From assembly GCF_001194135.2 (NCBI RefSeq), contig NC_068982.1, forward strand, positions 191,348,066 through 191,384,917: a stretch of 36,852 bases of DNA. The letters run 5' to 3'. This stretch comes from Octopus bimaculoides (lineage: Eukaryota). Position 1 is the first letter of the stretch. The number at the start of each line of letters is the position of its first letter. The notes under the pieces were generated by a model, which made no database searches, was not told the origin of the DNA, and worked only from the letters and a program-made list of their open reading frames with translations. A program made the position numbers and the translations under genes. Shown here in pieces: positions 24,260 to 34,636 of this stretch.

Positions 24260-24485
24260 CTCATCATTTTCATTTAACATCTGCTTTCCATGCTGGCATG
24301 GGTTGGACAGGTTGACAGAGGCTGGCAAAGCTGAGAGCCATACCAGGCTCCATTTGTCTGCTTTGGCATGGTTTCTATGGCTGGATGTTCTTCCTAACAT
24401 GCCAACCACTTTACAGAGTGTATTTGGCTGCTTTTTATGTGGGACTATCACAAGTGCATTTCATGTGGCACCAGCATCAACAGGG
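24260..24485 (-). repeat. (ATG)n-tailed RTE 3'-end family copy
   Basis: tttaacatctgctttccatgctggcatgggttggacagg. Confidence 0.85.
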
Positions 24486-25087
24486 TGACCAAATACCTTG
24501 TGTTCAATGAATTATGATTTTGTTAGTAGGGTTTATTTTAAGAAAAAAATAATATAAAAGCTGATACAGACGCAAAGTGTCTGTATAATTGTTGTGATCT
24601 TACAAAATTATTGAAGTTGACTTTGTCAAAAATAAGCAAATATTTATTGTTTGTTTTACTTGATATTGTCTGCACAATATCTTAATTAATTTTGAAAATA
24701 TCTAATAATTTGGAGTTATTTAATAATAAACTATAGTTGTCATGAATACACTAGGGTTTGGAAGACAAACAAACAGTTCTTCTGTAAGATTATAATGACA
24801 GTTTTTAATTAAATAACAAATTCTTTTAAAATAAGGTGTTGTTTCAGGTGGGCTGAAATCAAATATATTAATTTTGCTGGGTTTTTTTAATTGTCAAACA
24901 AAAAGGAAAGAAAAAAAAGAAAAATGTTAAAAAGAAAAGCAAAACAGAAAATAGTTTGCATTTGATGGAAGAAAAAAAGAGGAAAAATATTATATTAATG
25001 TAGAGAGAGAGAGAGAGGATAGGGAGACAATCAGAGAGAGAGAGAGAAAGGGAAAGAGATAAACAGACCGAGTGTTATGTTACAAAC

Positions 25088-25185
25088 CTAGATTAGAAGT
25101 ATTGGTTTCATGCAGACATGCAACAAAGTTATCTCTGACAAGATCTTCTGCCTCTGCAACTGGTTTTGGGTTAGATTCCAGACTA
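25088..25185 (-). CDS. PTPN13: PTPN13-like linker exon (phase 2 to 1), NAGNAG acceptor
   Basis: ttgttttatctatttactggcag acceptor, gtttgt donor; SLESNPKPVAEAEDLVRDNFVACLHETNTSNL; closes the phase chain. Confidence 0.55.
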
Positions 25186-25814
25186 CTGCCAGTAAATAGA
25201 TAAAACAAGCCGGTTAATAGAGATGGCGAGCTGATGTTCTTGCTTAAGGTTTCCTTCATGGCACCTACATCTTCCATGATCTGACAACAGAGCTTTTATA
25301 GAGTTGCCCGACCTGCTAGAAATAGCAACCAAATCTCCATCATACCTTTTCTTAAAAGGACAGAAAGCACAATGTCCTTCACATTGGGTGGTAGACTTAG
25401 CCCCTTTTAATACCAACCCACCTGGCACTTCTCTTGGTTCAGGTCAGGTGAGGGATATTGCGCAGTTGCATTCCTGCATTTGCCACTTGTCAGGCAGAGT
25501 TGCAGTCAGATCCTGTCTCTATGATGTAATTCCTCATCTGCCATGAACATGTGGCACATGGTCGACCAACATGAGCCATGAGCTCAGCCAGATCCTCAGT
25601 GAAGAGAACATGGTAAGCAGAGTCTAACTTGGAAAATCAAGCAACACAGCCAAACAGGTTACCATTGGTTACCATTGGTCAGATTTTGCATCCAATCAAT
25701 GACTCTACTCCCTTGCTCCTATGATACAAAATTCCTGTTTTAAAGGGATCTGAAGACCTTTCATCAAAGTTTCATAATAAATTATGTCCCAAACACCCGC
25801 ATAATAAAGTCCAT

Positions 25815-25945
25815 TATTTACATTTGATGGATATTTGTCCTCATCTTGTTTGTTGTTAACACAACGTTTCGGCTGATATACCCTCCAGCCTTCATCAGGA
25901 GTCTTGGGGAAATTTCGAACCTGGGTTCTCATTCCTAAGGTATCA
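25815..25945 (-). mobile_element. Solo tail of the hammerhead-bearing element
   Basis: Near-identical to the arms at 15013-15150 and 31115-31240. Confidence 0.75.
25858..25903 (-). ncRNA. Hammerhead motif, core intact, one stem I mismatch
   Basis: GACUC-CUGAUGA-A-GGCUG..CAGCC-GAAACGUU-GUGUU on the minus strand. Confidence 0.65.
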
Positions 25946-27360
25946 TTCCTAAGGATAAAGTTATTTTACTAAATTCTTCATTAGTTTTAAAATTAATTGA
26001 AACAAAATGAATTTGATACCAAACAGGTGGATCCGGGGGTGAGGGGGTCTAGCTTAACACCCCTCACCCCCACCTTTAGTAAAGTCCAGTTGCAAGTATT
26101 CAGGTTAAATTCTTGGTTTGAGGATATATTCCTCCCTCTCCCTCACTCCCCACAAGAGGACCCTTAAAGGGTTATAGATAAAACCCTTCCTTTCTGATGA
26201 AAAAAAAAAAATTTTTTAAGCAAAAAAACAGGATGGTCACAGTTGGACAGTTTTTGATCAAAGGTCTGCTCAATAAGGGCCAGCCTGGGGTTAAACAACA
26301 GCAGCAAGTATCAGGAGAGATTCTGAGAAATCAGTCAAATAAGGAGAAATCAAAGACTTGAAATGAATTTGTTGTAGTTTTATTGATGACAAATCTAGGT
26401 TAACTTGTATGGAGAAAGTCGCTTAGTCCCAGGTCGTTCCAGTCATACCCATCCTGTCTTTTTAGGAATTTCCCAATCTCTATTATCCAATATATCCTTT
26501 CCCTGAAGGGGTGTAACTTGAGGGAGATTTGGCCACTAGAAATAGCAGTTAAAGCGTGTCGAAAGAGATTTGGCTGTTGTTTCTAGCTGGTTGAGAGACA
26601 ACATAGAGATTTCCCCTATTAACTCCCAAAGTTTTAAGAAATAATGTTTGGAATATCATGGCTGCAATATCTGAGACTCACCTTTGCTAACAATCAGGTG
26701 TCTCAGACTATTTTGAATTTAAAAGAGAAAATCTAAAGGAAATTTTGCGTTCCGTCATTCAAGATATTTTCAAAATCCGATTAAATATTTAAAAGAAAAG
26801 CTTCACAACTGGACACAACAGTCACAATTACTCTGGCACCGTTGTTAGATGTAGTGTAGAGTACAGGGTTATGACACTGTAGCTGTACTCTACACTGCAG
26901 TAACAATGTACTCTACATATTTCATCAACGTCACCAACATGACTGATGCAGAGGACCCCTATGTGGACATTCCACCTGCTAGAAATAGTAACAAACTGGA
27001 AATTATACATGAGCAATTTTGAGAAACTATTTTCATGCCAGAAAAACAGCATTAACAACAATGGTAACTGAATCAAAGAATGTCAGTTTAGTGAAAAAGT
27101 CTCACATTTTTGAACAAACAACCAATTCACTTTTTTATCACTTCCACCACTGAATATTTGACCATTCCATTGAGAGATCTGCATTCCAAATACCAGATTA
27201 TTCCATTCCTCATGCCAACCAAACTTAATTTATTGGTTTCCATTCCTTTTGCTAATCCAACTTATAATCTTTAATCTTTTTTGTTTGGGTGTGGGTTGGT
27301 GGGTGTCGGGTGTATCAGATTGAACAGGCACAAAAGAAGAGCCAAAGCAACAGGGCTTAC

Positions 27361-27425
27361 CACATCGGTGCTGGAACTCCGTATGATTCTGGTTGGAAAT
27401 CATAACTAGGAATTGATGTATTCAT
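27361..27425 (-). CDS. PTPN13: PTPN13-like linker exon (phase 0 to 2)
   Basis: cttccag acceptor, gtaagc donor; only open frame MNTSIPSYDFQPESYGVPAPM; phase fits. Confidence 0.7.
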
Positions 27426-27699
27426 CTGGAAGTGCAACAACAAAATTTTAAGTTCAATTTTTGGCATTTTTAGCATGAGAGGTCAAAACAAGTAAACATT
27501 AAACACACACACACACAAATATATCTATATATACAACAGGTTTCTTTGAGTTTCCATCCACCAAATCCATTCTCAAGCCTTTGGTCGACCTGAGGCTATA
27601 GCAGAAAACACTTGCCTAAGGTGCCATGCAGTAGAACTGAACCTGGAATCTTGTGATTGAGAAGCAAACTTCTTACCACACATCCACAGAATTCATCAT

Positions 27700-28060
27700 A
27701 GTCTCAACATCCATATTTCCATGCTGGCATGGGTCAGACAGAATTTGTTGAAGCAGCTTTTCTACAGCCAGATGCCTTTCCAGTCACCAACTCTCACCTA
27801 TTTCCAAGGGAGGTAATATTTTCCCACATGGCCAGACAGGTTTCCAAGAAAGACTAGAAATGAACAACACTGCTTATATGACAGTGATGCTCATTTACAA
27901 CCATCACATCATGTCTAGACAAAGCTACACACAAATACACATATAAGAGGCTTCTTTCAGTTTCCATCTACAGAGGCTTTGGTCAACCTGGAAGACACTC
28001 ACCCAAGGTGCTATGCAGGGGGACTGAACCTGAGACCATATGGTTGGGAAGCAAATTTCT
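27700..28060 (-). mobile_element. SINE family A, long composite copy
   Basis: Reverse complement of the 11345-11712 structure. Confidence 0.7.
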
Positions 28061-28127
28061 GAACAACACAAACAACTGAAAAAAAAAAGGTAAAAGAAAT
28101 AAAAATACAAAAGAATTCCATATTTAC

Positions 28128-28210
28128 TTCAGAATTTTCAATACTGAGAGATTCTTCTTCACAGTCGTCAGCATCGGCAAATTCTATGTCAGCAAATGGT
28201 GGAGGATCAA
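28128..28210 (-). CDS. PTPN13: PTPN13-like acidic linker exon (phase 1 to 0)
   Basis: Strong pyrimidine tract ctcctcccag, gtaaat donor; (V)DPPPFADIEFADADDCEEESLSIENSE; phase fits neighbours. Confidence 0.75.
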
Positions 28211-28754
28211 CTGGGAGGAGAAAGGAAGAGAATCGTTAGAAATAACGCAAAATGTCATGAACCATTTTGGTATGGAACAACGACAGGGGACATCTAGACA
28301 GTCATTCAGCTGACTAGAAATAGCAGTCAAATTTCAACCTTAAAGAAGGAGAGATTGAAAGACAAATTTTTTTGTCCCAGGTATGCAACTTCTGAGACAA
28401 GACTGTTCTGACGACCAAATTCCATTCATGAAATACTGGTCAATCTGAGTCTGTGGCGGAGGTGCTGTGCAGTGGGACTGAACCCAGACCTATGGGATTA
28501 CAAAGTGAACTTCTCAACCAAACAGTCGTGTCTGTTAGACATTTCTTTGTTGTAAAAGAGGTAAGACACAGTAGAATCTAAGGAAACTACTGATGGTTGG
28601 CACCAACAAATTCTAAGTAAAAATCATTTATAAAGAGTATAAAGACGTAGTCTTCCATTCCCTAGTTCTGTGACAATAACCCTTTTATTAGACCAAAATA
28701 TTGGGTCTTGGTACCCTGGAAAAGGTATTTATATTGTTGGTAGAATCACCTTAC

Positions 28755-28849
28755 CTGATTTGATGTCTTGTGAGTCAAACCCCAGCTCTTGGTTTATCTT
28801 GAGCTGGAATTTGTGTTGATCTGTGGATAACTGAAGCAGGTAGCGCCCT
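28755..28849 (-). CDS. PTPN13: PTPN13-like exon, end of FERM-C (phase 2 to 1)
   Basis: tttacag acceptor, gtaagg donor; GRYLLQLSTDQHKFQLKINQELGFDSQDIKS recalls YLLHLCSYQHKFQLQ. Confidence 0.9.
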
Positions 28850-29339
28850 CTGTAAAAACAAAACAAAATATTATTTAAATATTTATTTATTAGCTCTGCA
28901 GATGTATACATTTACAATTTTAGTATTAGTATTATTGGTAGAAACGGTTCAACAGATAAGTGGATGTGTCCTAGGGATACTTTTTAACTGATCTAAATAT
29001 TGCAGACATACAAACCCCCAGACTTTGGGAGCAGGGCTTCCTTATAAGATTGGGACTTTGACCATCATAACCCTTCCAACTCATACCAGCATGGAAAACA
29101 GAAATAAAATGAGGATAAAATAACTTCCATCTGGAAAGGGCATCAAGCTGTAGAAATCATGCCAAAGCAGACACTGGACAATGAAGCAGTCCTTGACTCA
29201 TTGGATCCTAGTCAAACCATCCAACCCATGCCATGATGATGATGTTTTATTTTGATCCAACCTTAAAGTTAATGCCATTCCCCATTCAAACTCAAGTTGT
29301 AATGTATTGTATACAATAAGTTCATCATCATCATTATTA

Positions 29340-29608
29340 TTGAGTGGCACGTAAAAAAGCACCATTCAAGTGTAGTCGATGCCAGAACCACCTGACTGGC
29401 CCTCATGCCAGTGGCACGTAAAAAGCACCCACTACACTCTCAGAGTGGTTGGTGTCAGGAAGGGCATCCAGCTGTAGAAACCTTCCCAGATCAGATCATA
29501 CTGGAGCCTGGTGCAGCCTTTTGTCTCGCCAGTCCTCAGTCAAACTGTCCAACCCATGCCAGCATGGAAAGGAGACGTTAAATGACGACGATGATGATGA
29601 TGATTATT
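29340..29608 (+). repeat. (ATG)n-tailed RTE 3'-end family copy with internal subrepeat
   Basis: gtggcacgtaaaaagcacc twice, then standard tail. Confidence 0.85.
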
Positions 29609-29611
29609 ATC

Positions 29612-29825
29612 TAAGACATTGAACTGGCAGAATCATTAGCACACTGGGTAAACTATTTAGTAGCATTTCATTGATTCTGAGTTCAAACTCTGCAGAGGTT
29701 GGCTCTTTGTTTTTCATCCTTTTGGGGTCGAAGAAATAACTGCCAGTTATATGCTGGGGTTGATGTAATCAAGTAGCCCAATCCTCTAAAATTGCAGGCC
29801 TTGTGCCTATAGTAGAAAGGATTAT
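29612..29825 (+). mobile_element. Third SINE-like family
   Basis: B-box-like gagttcaaactc, ggggttgatgtaatc..ggccttgtgcc; duplicated fragments at about 3840-4100, partial at 11715-11850. Confidence 0.55.
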
Positions 29826-29858
29826 TATCATTATTCAACATCCAAAAGCCCCATATAT

Positions 29859-30435
29859 NNNNNNNNNNNNNNNNNNNNNNNNNNNNNNNNNNNNNNNNNN
29901 NNNNNNNNNNNNNNNNNNNNNNNNNNNNNNNNNNNNNNNNNNNNNNNNNNNNNNNNNNNNNNNNNNNNNNNNNNNNNNNNNNNNNNNNNNNNNNNNNNNN
30001 NNNNNNNNNNNNNNNNNNNNNNNNNNNNNNNNNNNNNNNNNNNNNNNNNNNNNNNNNNNNNNNNNNNNNNNNNNNNNNNNNNNNNNNNNNNNNNNNNNNN
30101 NNNNNNNNNNNNNNNNNNNNNNNNNNNNNNNNNNNNNNNNNNNNNNNNNNNNNNNNNNNNNNNNNNNNNNNNNNNNNNNNNNNNNNNNNNNNNNNNNNNN
30201 NNNNNNNNNNNNNNNNNNNNNNNNNNNNNNNNNNNNNNNNNNNNNNNNNNNNNNNNNNNNNNNNNNNNNNNNNNNNNNNNNNNNNNNNNNNNNNNNNNNN
30301 NNNNNNNNNNNNNNNNNNNNNNNNNNNNNNNNNNNNNNNNNNNNNNNNNNNNNNNNNNNNNNNNNNNNNNNNNNNNNNNNNNNNNNNNNNNNNNNNNNNN
30401 NNNNNNNNNNNNNNNNNNNNNNNNNNNNNNNNNNN

Positions 30436-30436
<1 letters not shown>
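29859..30436. other. Assembly gap, 578 N (other gaps: 6860-6869, 31867-32070, 32678-32687, 33027-33036)
   Basis: N runs. Confidence 1.

Positions 30437-30482
<46 letters not shown>
30437..30482. repeat. (AT)n microsatellite abutting N-gap
   Basis: Directly visible. Confidence 0.95.
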
Positions 30483-30485
<3 letters not shown>

Positions 30486-30497
30486 GTCATATGTATA

Positions 30498-30900
30498 TAT
30501 GAGGTCTAATAAAAAAATAGAGACGGTTGCTATAGTGATGAAGCTAAAGTAAGCAGAGTGAAGCCGCTTGGCACAGATTGGCCTTGAACTGTGTGGTGCA
30601 TGCGCACTTAGTTATAACATTCTTGCTCTGTTCCACTGTTTATAGCAATGCTTGGAAGTAAAGTGTGTAGAGTGTTGTCATTTCAAAAAGATCGATTTTT
30701 CAGCTGTGCAGGATATCCTTGATTGTGTCAAGGAAGATGGAAACTTTTGGGAAATGGTCGTAACAAGTGACAAACTGTGGGTCTGTAGCTATGACCCCGA
30801 AACCAAGGGTGAGTCTTCACAGTAGAAGACCCCCCCCCCAACAAGATTTCATGACAGTGAAAAAAGAATGTGACAAGGCAGCTACCTTGCTCTCCCCCAA
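30498..30900 (+). mobile_element. mariner transposon remnant (internally deleted)
   Basis: TA-TGAGGTCTAATAAAAAA terminus; 30706-30831 reads VQDILDCVKEDGNFWEMVVTSDKLWVCSYDPETKGESSQ*KT, like mariner ITGDETW..YDPETK.QS.QW. Confidence 0.75.
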
Positions 30901-30911
30901 AAAAAGGAGTC

Positions 30912-30957
30912 CACACAACGTTTCGGCTGATATACCGTGCAGCCTTCTTCAGGTGTC
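30912..30957 (-). ncRNA. Hammerhead motif variant (CUGAAGA; 4-bp stem I)
   Basis: GACAC-CUGAAGA-A-GGCUG..CAGCC-GAAACGUU-GUGUG on the minus strand. Confidence 0.6.
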
Positions 30958-31151
30958 TTGGGTTCTCATTCCTAAGGTATTTTCCAATGTTGTTATTATT
31001 ATTATTATTATTCAGGTCATTGCCTGGAATCGAACTCAGAATTTTGGGGTTAGTATCCCATGCTCTTAACCACTACACCATATGCCCATAGTGGTAACAG
31101 CAACAACATCACCACCTTAGGAATGTGAACCCAGGTTCGAAATTTCCCCAA

Positions 31152-31197
31152 GACACCTGATGAAGGCTGGAGGGTATATCAGCCGAAACGTTGTGTT
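31152..31197 (+). ncRNA. Minimal type-I hammerhead ribozyme motif
   Basis: Identical over 46 nt to 15285-15330. Confidence 0.75.
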
Positions 31198-31759
31198 AAC
31201 AACAAACAAGATGAGGACAAATATCCGTCAAATGTAAATAATGTAAATAATGTAGATAATTCCTCATCTCTTAAATATAGAACAGAGTGAAATCTATTTG
31301 CTGATGTGCTGAGGTGTAGCATATGGAAAAGAAAATTAAATTACAAATTAAAAGTGACTGATAATGTGTGTGTGTGTGTGACTGATAATATTCAAATTTC
31401 TGGAGCTGCTTTTTATTTGTAATTTAATGAATATTTTTGTTGTTCAATATCAACTGATTTCCTTCTTTACTGTCTTAGCATGTAAATGGCTGAATATTCC
31501 ATAGATATATGTACTCTGTGTAATTCTTAGGCAGAATCAGTGAGTGTGGCATGGTTGGATCTTTGAATTATGAGTACACTCCATGTGACAAGCTTCCAAA
31601 CAGTTTCTGCCTCTTCCATCTTCTTTGACAAGGCTTGGATCAACTGAAGGTTATGAAGAAAGACACTGGGCCAATGTGGCATACCCTGGGATTGAACCCA
31701 GAAACTAAAGATTAAAAGCAGATATATCTTAATTACACACATACATATAGGCTTAAGCC

Positions 31760-32180
31760 AAGTAAGATCGTTGCCAGTGCCCCTGGACTGGTTCTTGTGC
31801 GGGTGGCACATGAGATGCACCATTTTGAGCGTGGCCGTTGCCAGTACCGCCTGACTGGCTCCTGTANNNNNNNNNNNNNNNNNNNNNNNNNNNNNNNNNN
31901 NNNNNNNNNNNNNNNNNNNNNNNNNNNNNNNNNNNNNNNNNNNNNNNNNNNNNNNNNNNNNNNNNNNNNNNNNNNNNNNNNNNNNNNNNNNNNNNNNNNN
32001 NNNNNNNNNNNNNNNNNNNNNNNNNNNNNNNNNNNNNNNNNNNNNNNNNNNNNNNNNNNNNNNNNNNNNNTCAGACTGGAGCCTGGTGTTGCCATCCGGT
32101 TTCACCAGTCCTCAGTCAAATCGTCCAACCCATGCTAGCATGGAAAGCGGACGTTAAACGATGATGATGATGATGATGAT
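31760..32180 (+). repeat. Young (ATG)n-tailed family copy, interrupted by N-gap
   Basis: 3' ~110 nt differ at 2 positions from the reverse complement of 36560-36675. Confidence 0.85.
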
Positions 32181-32298
32181 AAGAATGAAAAAACAAATGG
32201 GTTGAGGAATTGAAGAGGAAGATAACGATAAGGGTGGGGAGGGTGGGATTAAGAAATACTTAAAACATTTCAGGTTGAGAAATGTCAGTAAAACCAAC

Positions 32299-32349
32299 CT
32301 TGTAGACTTTATGGAAGTGAGTTCCATATTCAGGAAGTTCTTGAACCAA
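32299..32349 (-). CDS. PTPN13: PTPN13-like 51-nt exon, FERM central/C-lobe junction (phase 0 to 0)
   Basis: tttgtag acceptor, gttggt donor; LVQELPEYGTHFHKVYK, the FERM LxxYG motif; absent from the ORF track. Confidence 0.9.
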
Positions 32350-32687
32350 CTACAAAGAGAAATTGAGGAAATTCCATGAATTGTTCAAGAGGTTTTATTC
32401 ATGATGTATTGATACACACACATGCACACATATAAGTCACTTTAAATAAAACCCTCGATTCAATAACACTGTTTGCAAACTCTATGCTTGGAATGACCAA
32501 TTTTAAACACTACTGGAACTTACTCACAAGGTATTGGAATCTTATGTGTATACCATTCTGCCTAAATAATGGAACTGAAAATACAATATCCCTGCATATC
32601 TCACGTTTACTTCCATTCCTCCACTTCACTCTCTATTTCGTATCTTATCTAGAATAACTATTGCTTAACCATTTTCTNNNNNNNNNN

Positions 32688-33570
32688 CATGTCATATTTT
32701 TAATTTCATGCATGCACATTGTTTTTGATTTTGTCAACTACACAGTATTGTAGGGTCAGGTGGGCACTGTCTGTGAGAAAAACACCACCATGATGCCACT
32801 CACTCTGCCAGAAATTTGGAAACACCATGCTGTACTGCTTAACATTCATGCTGGAAGCTCCAATACAAACATTTCAAAGTGTTTGGGTGTCAATTTGAGT
32901 ACACAAACTGAGAGTTATAAAAATCAAACATCCAGTCAACATCATGGTGTTTGGAGTGATCACTAGCGATGGCGACGTTATGCCTCCATTCATCTTCTCA
33001 CACAGCCTCAGACTCAACATGGAGGCNNNNNNNNNNATTCATCTTCTCACACAGCCTCAGACTCAACATGGAGGCCTACATCAAGTGCCTGGAGGAGGTA
33101 GTGCTGCCCTGGGTCAAGAGGGTGGTTGCTGGAAGACCCTATGTCTGGCAACAGGAGAACCCAATCATGGCTATCAGACAATTTCTGTGACCACATCACC
33201 CCTAACATCTGGCCATCTAACTCCCCACACTGCAACCCCCTTGATTATTATGTGTGGGATGCAGTTGAATGAGAGACCAACAAAACTCCTTGTAACACCA
33301 AAGATGAACTGAAGGCAAGGATTATGGCAGCATTCACCAATTTAAACTAGGAGACCATCCAGAAGAGTTGCAGGAGATTCCAAAGTCGTCTGGCGACCAT
33401 GATTGAAGCCAATGGCGATTTTATTGAATAAATTTACTCTTTAGTTTTTCAAGATATCTTTATGCAATTTTGGTAAATATATCTGTTAAAATGAGATGTC
33501 AGTGTTATTTTCATTTTTGCGTAATTTAGACGACAGTTCATTCTTTCCTGACACCAACCAAAAAGAAAAA
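32688..33570 (+). mobile_element. Tc1/mariner-superfamily (maT/DD37D-like) transposase remnant
   Basis: MVFGVITSDGDVMPPFIF...VLPWVKRVVAGRPYVWQQ, then WPSNSPHCNPLDYYVWDAVE*...IEANGDFIE*; two stops, large deletions. Confidence 0.85.
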
Positions 33571-33601
33571 AAAAAATGCCCAGCATGTGATTTGAACTCA
33601 C

Positions 33602-33887
33602 TCTAATAAACTTTGCCATGGCATCATCATTGCTCATGCCACAGATGGAACGGTGGGCTTCGGGAGTGTGGTCCCTAATAAATGACAGGCCATACAGGTT
33701 CAGAATACGTTTGCTGAAGTAGTACTCGGGAACAAAATAGTTGCGACCCATCATCTCCTTCTTGTAGCTGCCGTATTCCACTTGAAGAGCAAAAGCAGCC
33801 AATGAAAGGGCACGGTTCTCGTCACACTCAAACCGTTCCTCGAGGATGTCTTGGCGGAGCTGAAGGTACAACAGCTGTTGGTAATTG
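33602..33887 (-). CDS. PTPN13: PTPN13-like exon, FERM central lobe (phase 2 to 0)
   Basis: ttttcag acceptor, gtgagt donor; NYQQLLYLQLRQDILEERFECDENRALSLAAFALQVEYG...AMAKFIR. Confidence 0.95.
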
Positions 33888-34007
33888 CTGAAAAGAAGAA
33901 GGGATTCATTTTAGATAATTAGGTCGTTATTGATGATGACGATGATGATGATGATGGTTACAGATGGAAACACTAACATTTGTAACGGATTAAATGATAC
34001 AGGATTA

Positions 34008-34100
34008 CGTGTGCGTATGTGGGTGTGTGTGTGTGTGTGTGTGTGTATGAGTGTGTGTGTGTGTATGAGTGTGTGTGTGTATGAGTGTGTGTGTGTATCT
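34008..34100. repeat. (GT)n compound microsatellite
   Basis: Directly visible, with gtatga interruptions. Confidence 0.95.
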
Positions 34101-34119
34101 ACATATGATATTAATAAGA

Positions 34120-34350
34120 GACTGGTGCCACTTATAAAGAACCCATACTGATGCCACATAAAAAGCATCAAGTACACACTGTGGAGTGGTTGGCATGTTA
34201 GGAAGGGCATCCAGCCATAGAAACCATGCCAAAACAGACCATGGAGCCTGGTATGGCTCTCCAGCCTTGCCAGCTCCTGTCAAACTGTCCAACCCATGCC
34301 AGCATGGAAAACGGACATTAAACGATGATGATGATGATGATGATGATGAT
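34120..34350 (+). repeat. (ATG)n-tailed RTE 3'-end family copy
   Basis: Standard tail with long (GAT)n. Confidence 0.85.
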
Positions 34351-34396
34351 AACACTACTTATAAATTCCTATATGGTATTTTATGACATTCACATG

Positions 34397-34413
34397 AGTG
34401 AGAGGGAGAGAGC

Positions 34414-34473
<60 letters not shown>
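34397..34473. repeat. (AG)n microsatellite 15 nt from an exon donor
   Basis: Directly visible. Confidence 0.95.
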
Positions 34474-34488
34474 TGGTGGATTACTTAC

Positions 34489-34636
34489 GGGGTATTTAAA
34501 ATGGAGCTACCGTAATACTTCAATCTGAAAAACAAGATAAAAGTAATGGCAACTGGTCCTTTTTTCCCTTCTCGCCAACCTTCCGGGGCTACTTTGTGCA
34601 GTTTGGTGTCGCTTTCCAAAAAGAAGTGTTCGCCAT
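34489..34636 (-). CDS. PTPN13: PTPN13-like exon, FERM N-lobe (phase 1 to 2)
   Basis: ttttag acceptor, gtaagt donor; (D)GEHFFLESDTKLHKVAPEGWREGKKGPVAITFILFFRLKYYGSSILNT(P). Confidence 0.9.

Larger units (their letters stand above)
30912..31283. mobile_element. Hammerhead-bearing SINE-like element with complete tRNA-like head plus inverted second tail
   Basis: Minus-strand head 31022-31087 with A box TGGTGTAGTGG and B box GAGTTCGATTCC; (AAT)n; tail homologous to 15013-15400. Confidence 0.75.

Noticed and set aside
26035-26071. 12-bp G/C stem gggggtgagggg / cccctcaccccc
   Set aside because: Low-complexity arms; chance or MITE remnant; not a terminator in this eukaryotic context.
26828-27076. 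82-aa minus ORF with acceptor-like ctagcag in a compatible phase
   Set aside because: The acceptor lies in the recurrent ctgctagaaatag repeat motif, there is no convincing donor, and the peptide is not PTPN13-like.
31022-31087. tRNA-like sequence as a real tRNA gene
   Set aside because: A and B boxes are present but I could not build a full cloverleaf; it is the head of a repeat.
32988-33075. Direct duplication of ~39 nt either side of a 10-N gap
   Set aside because: Typical unmerged contig overlap; assembly artefact.
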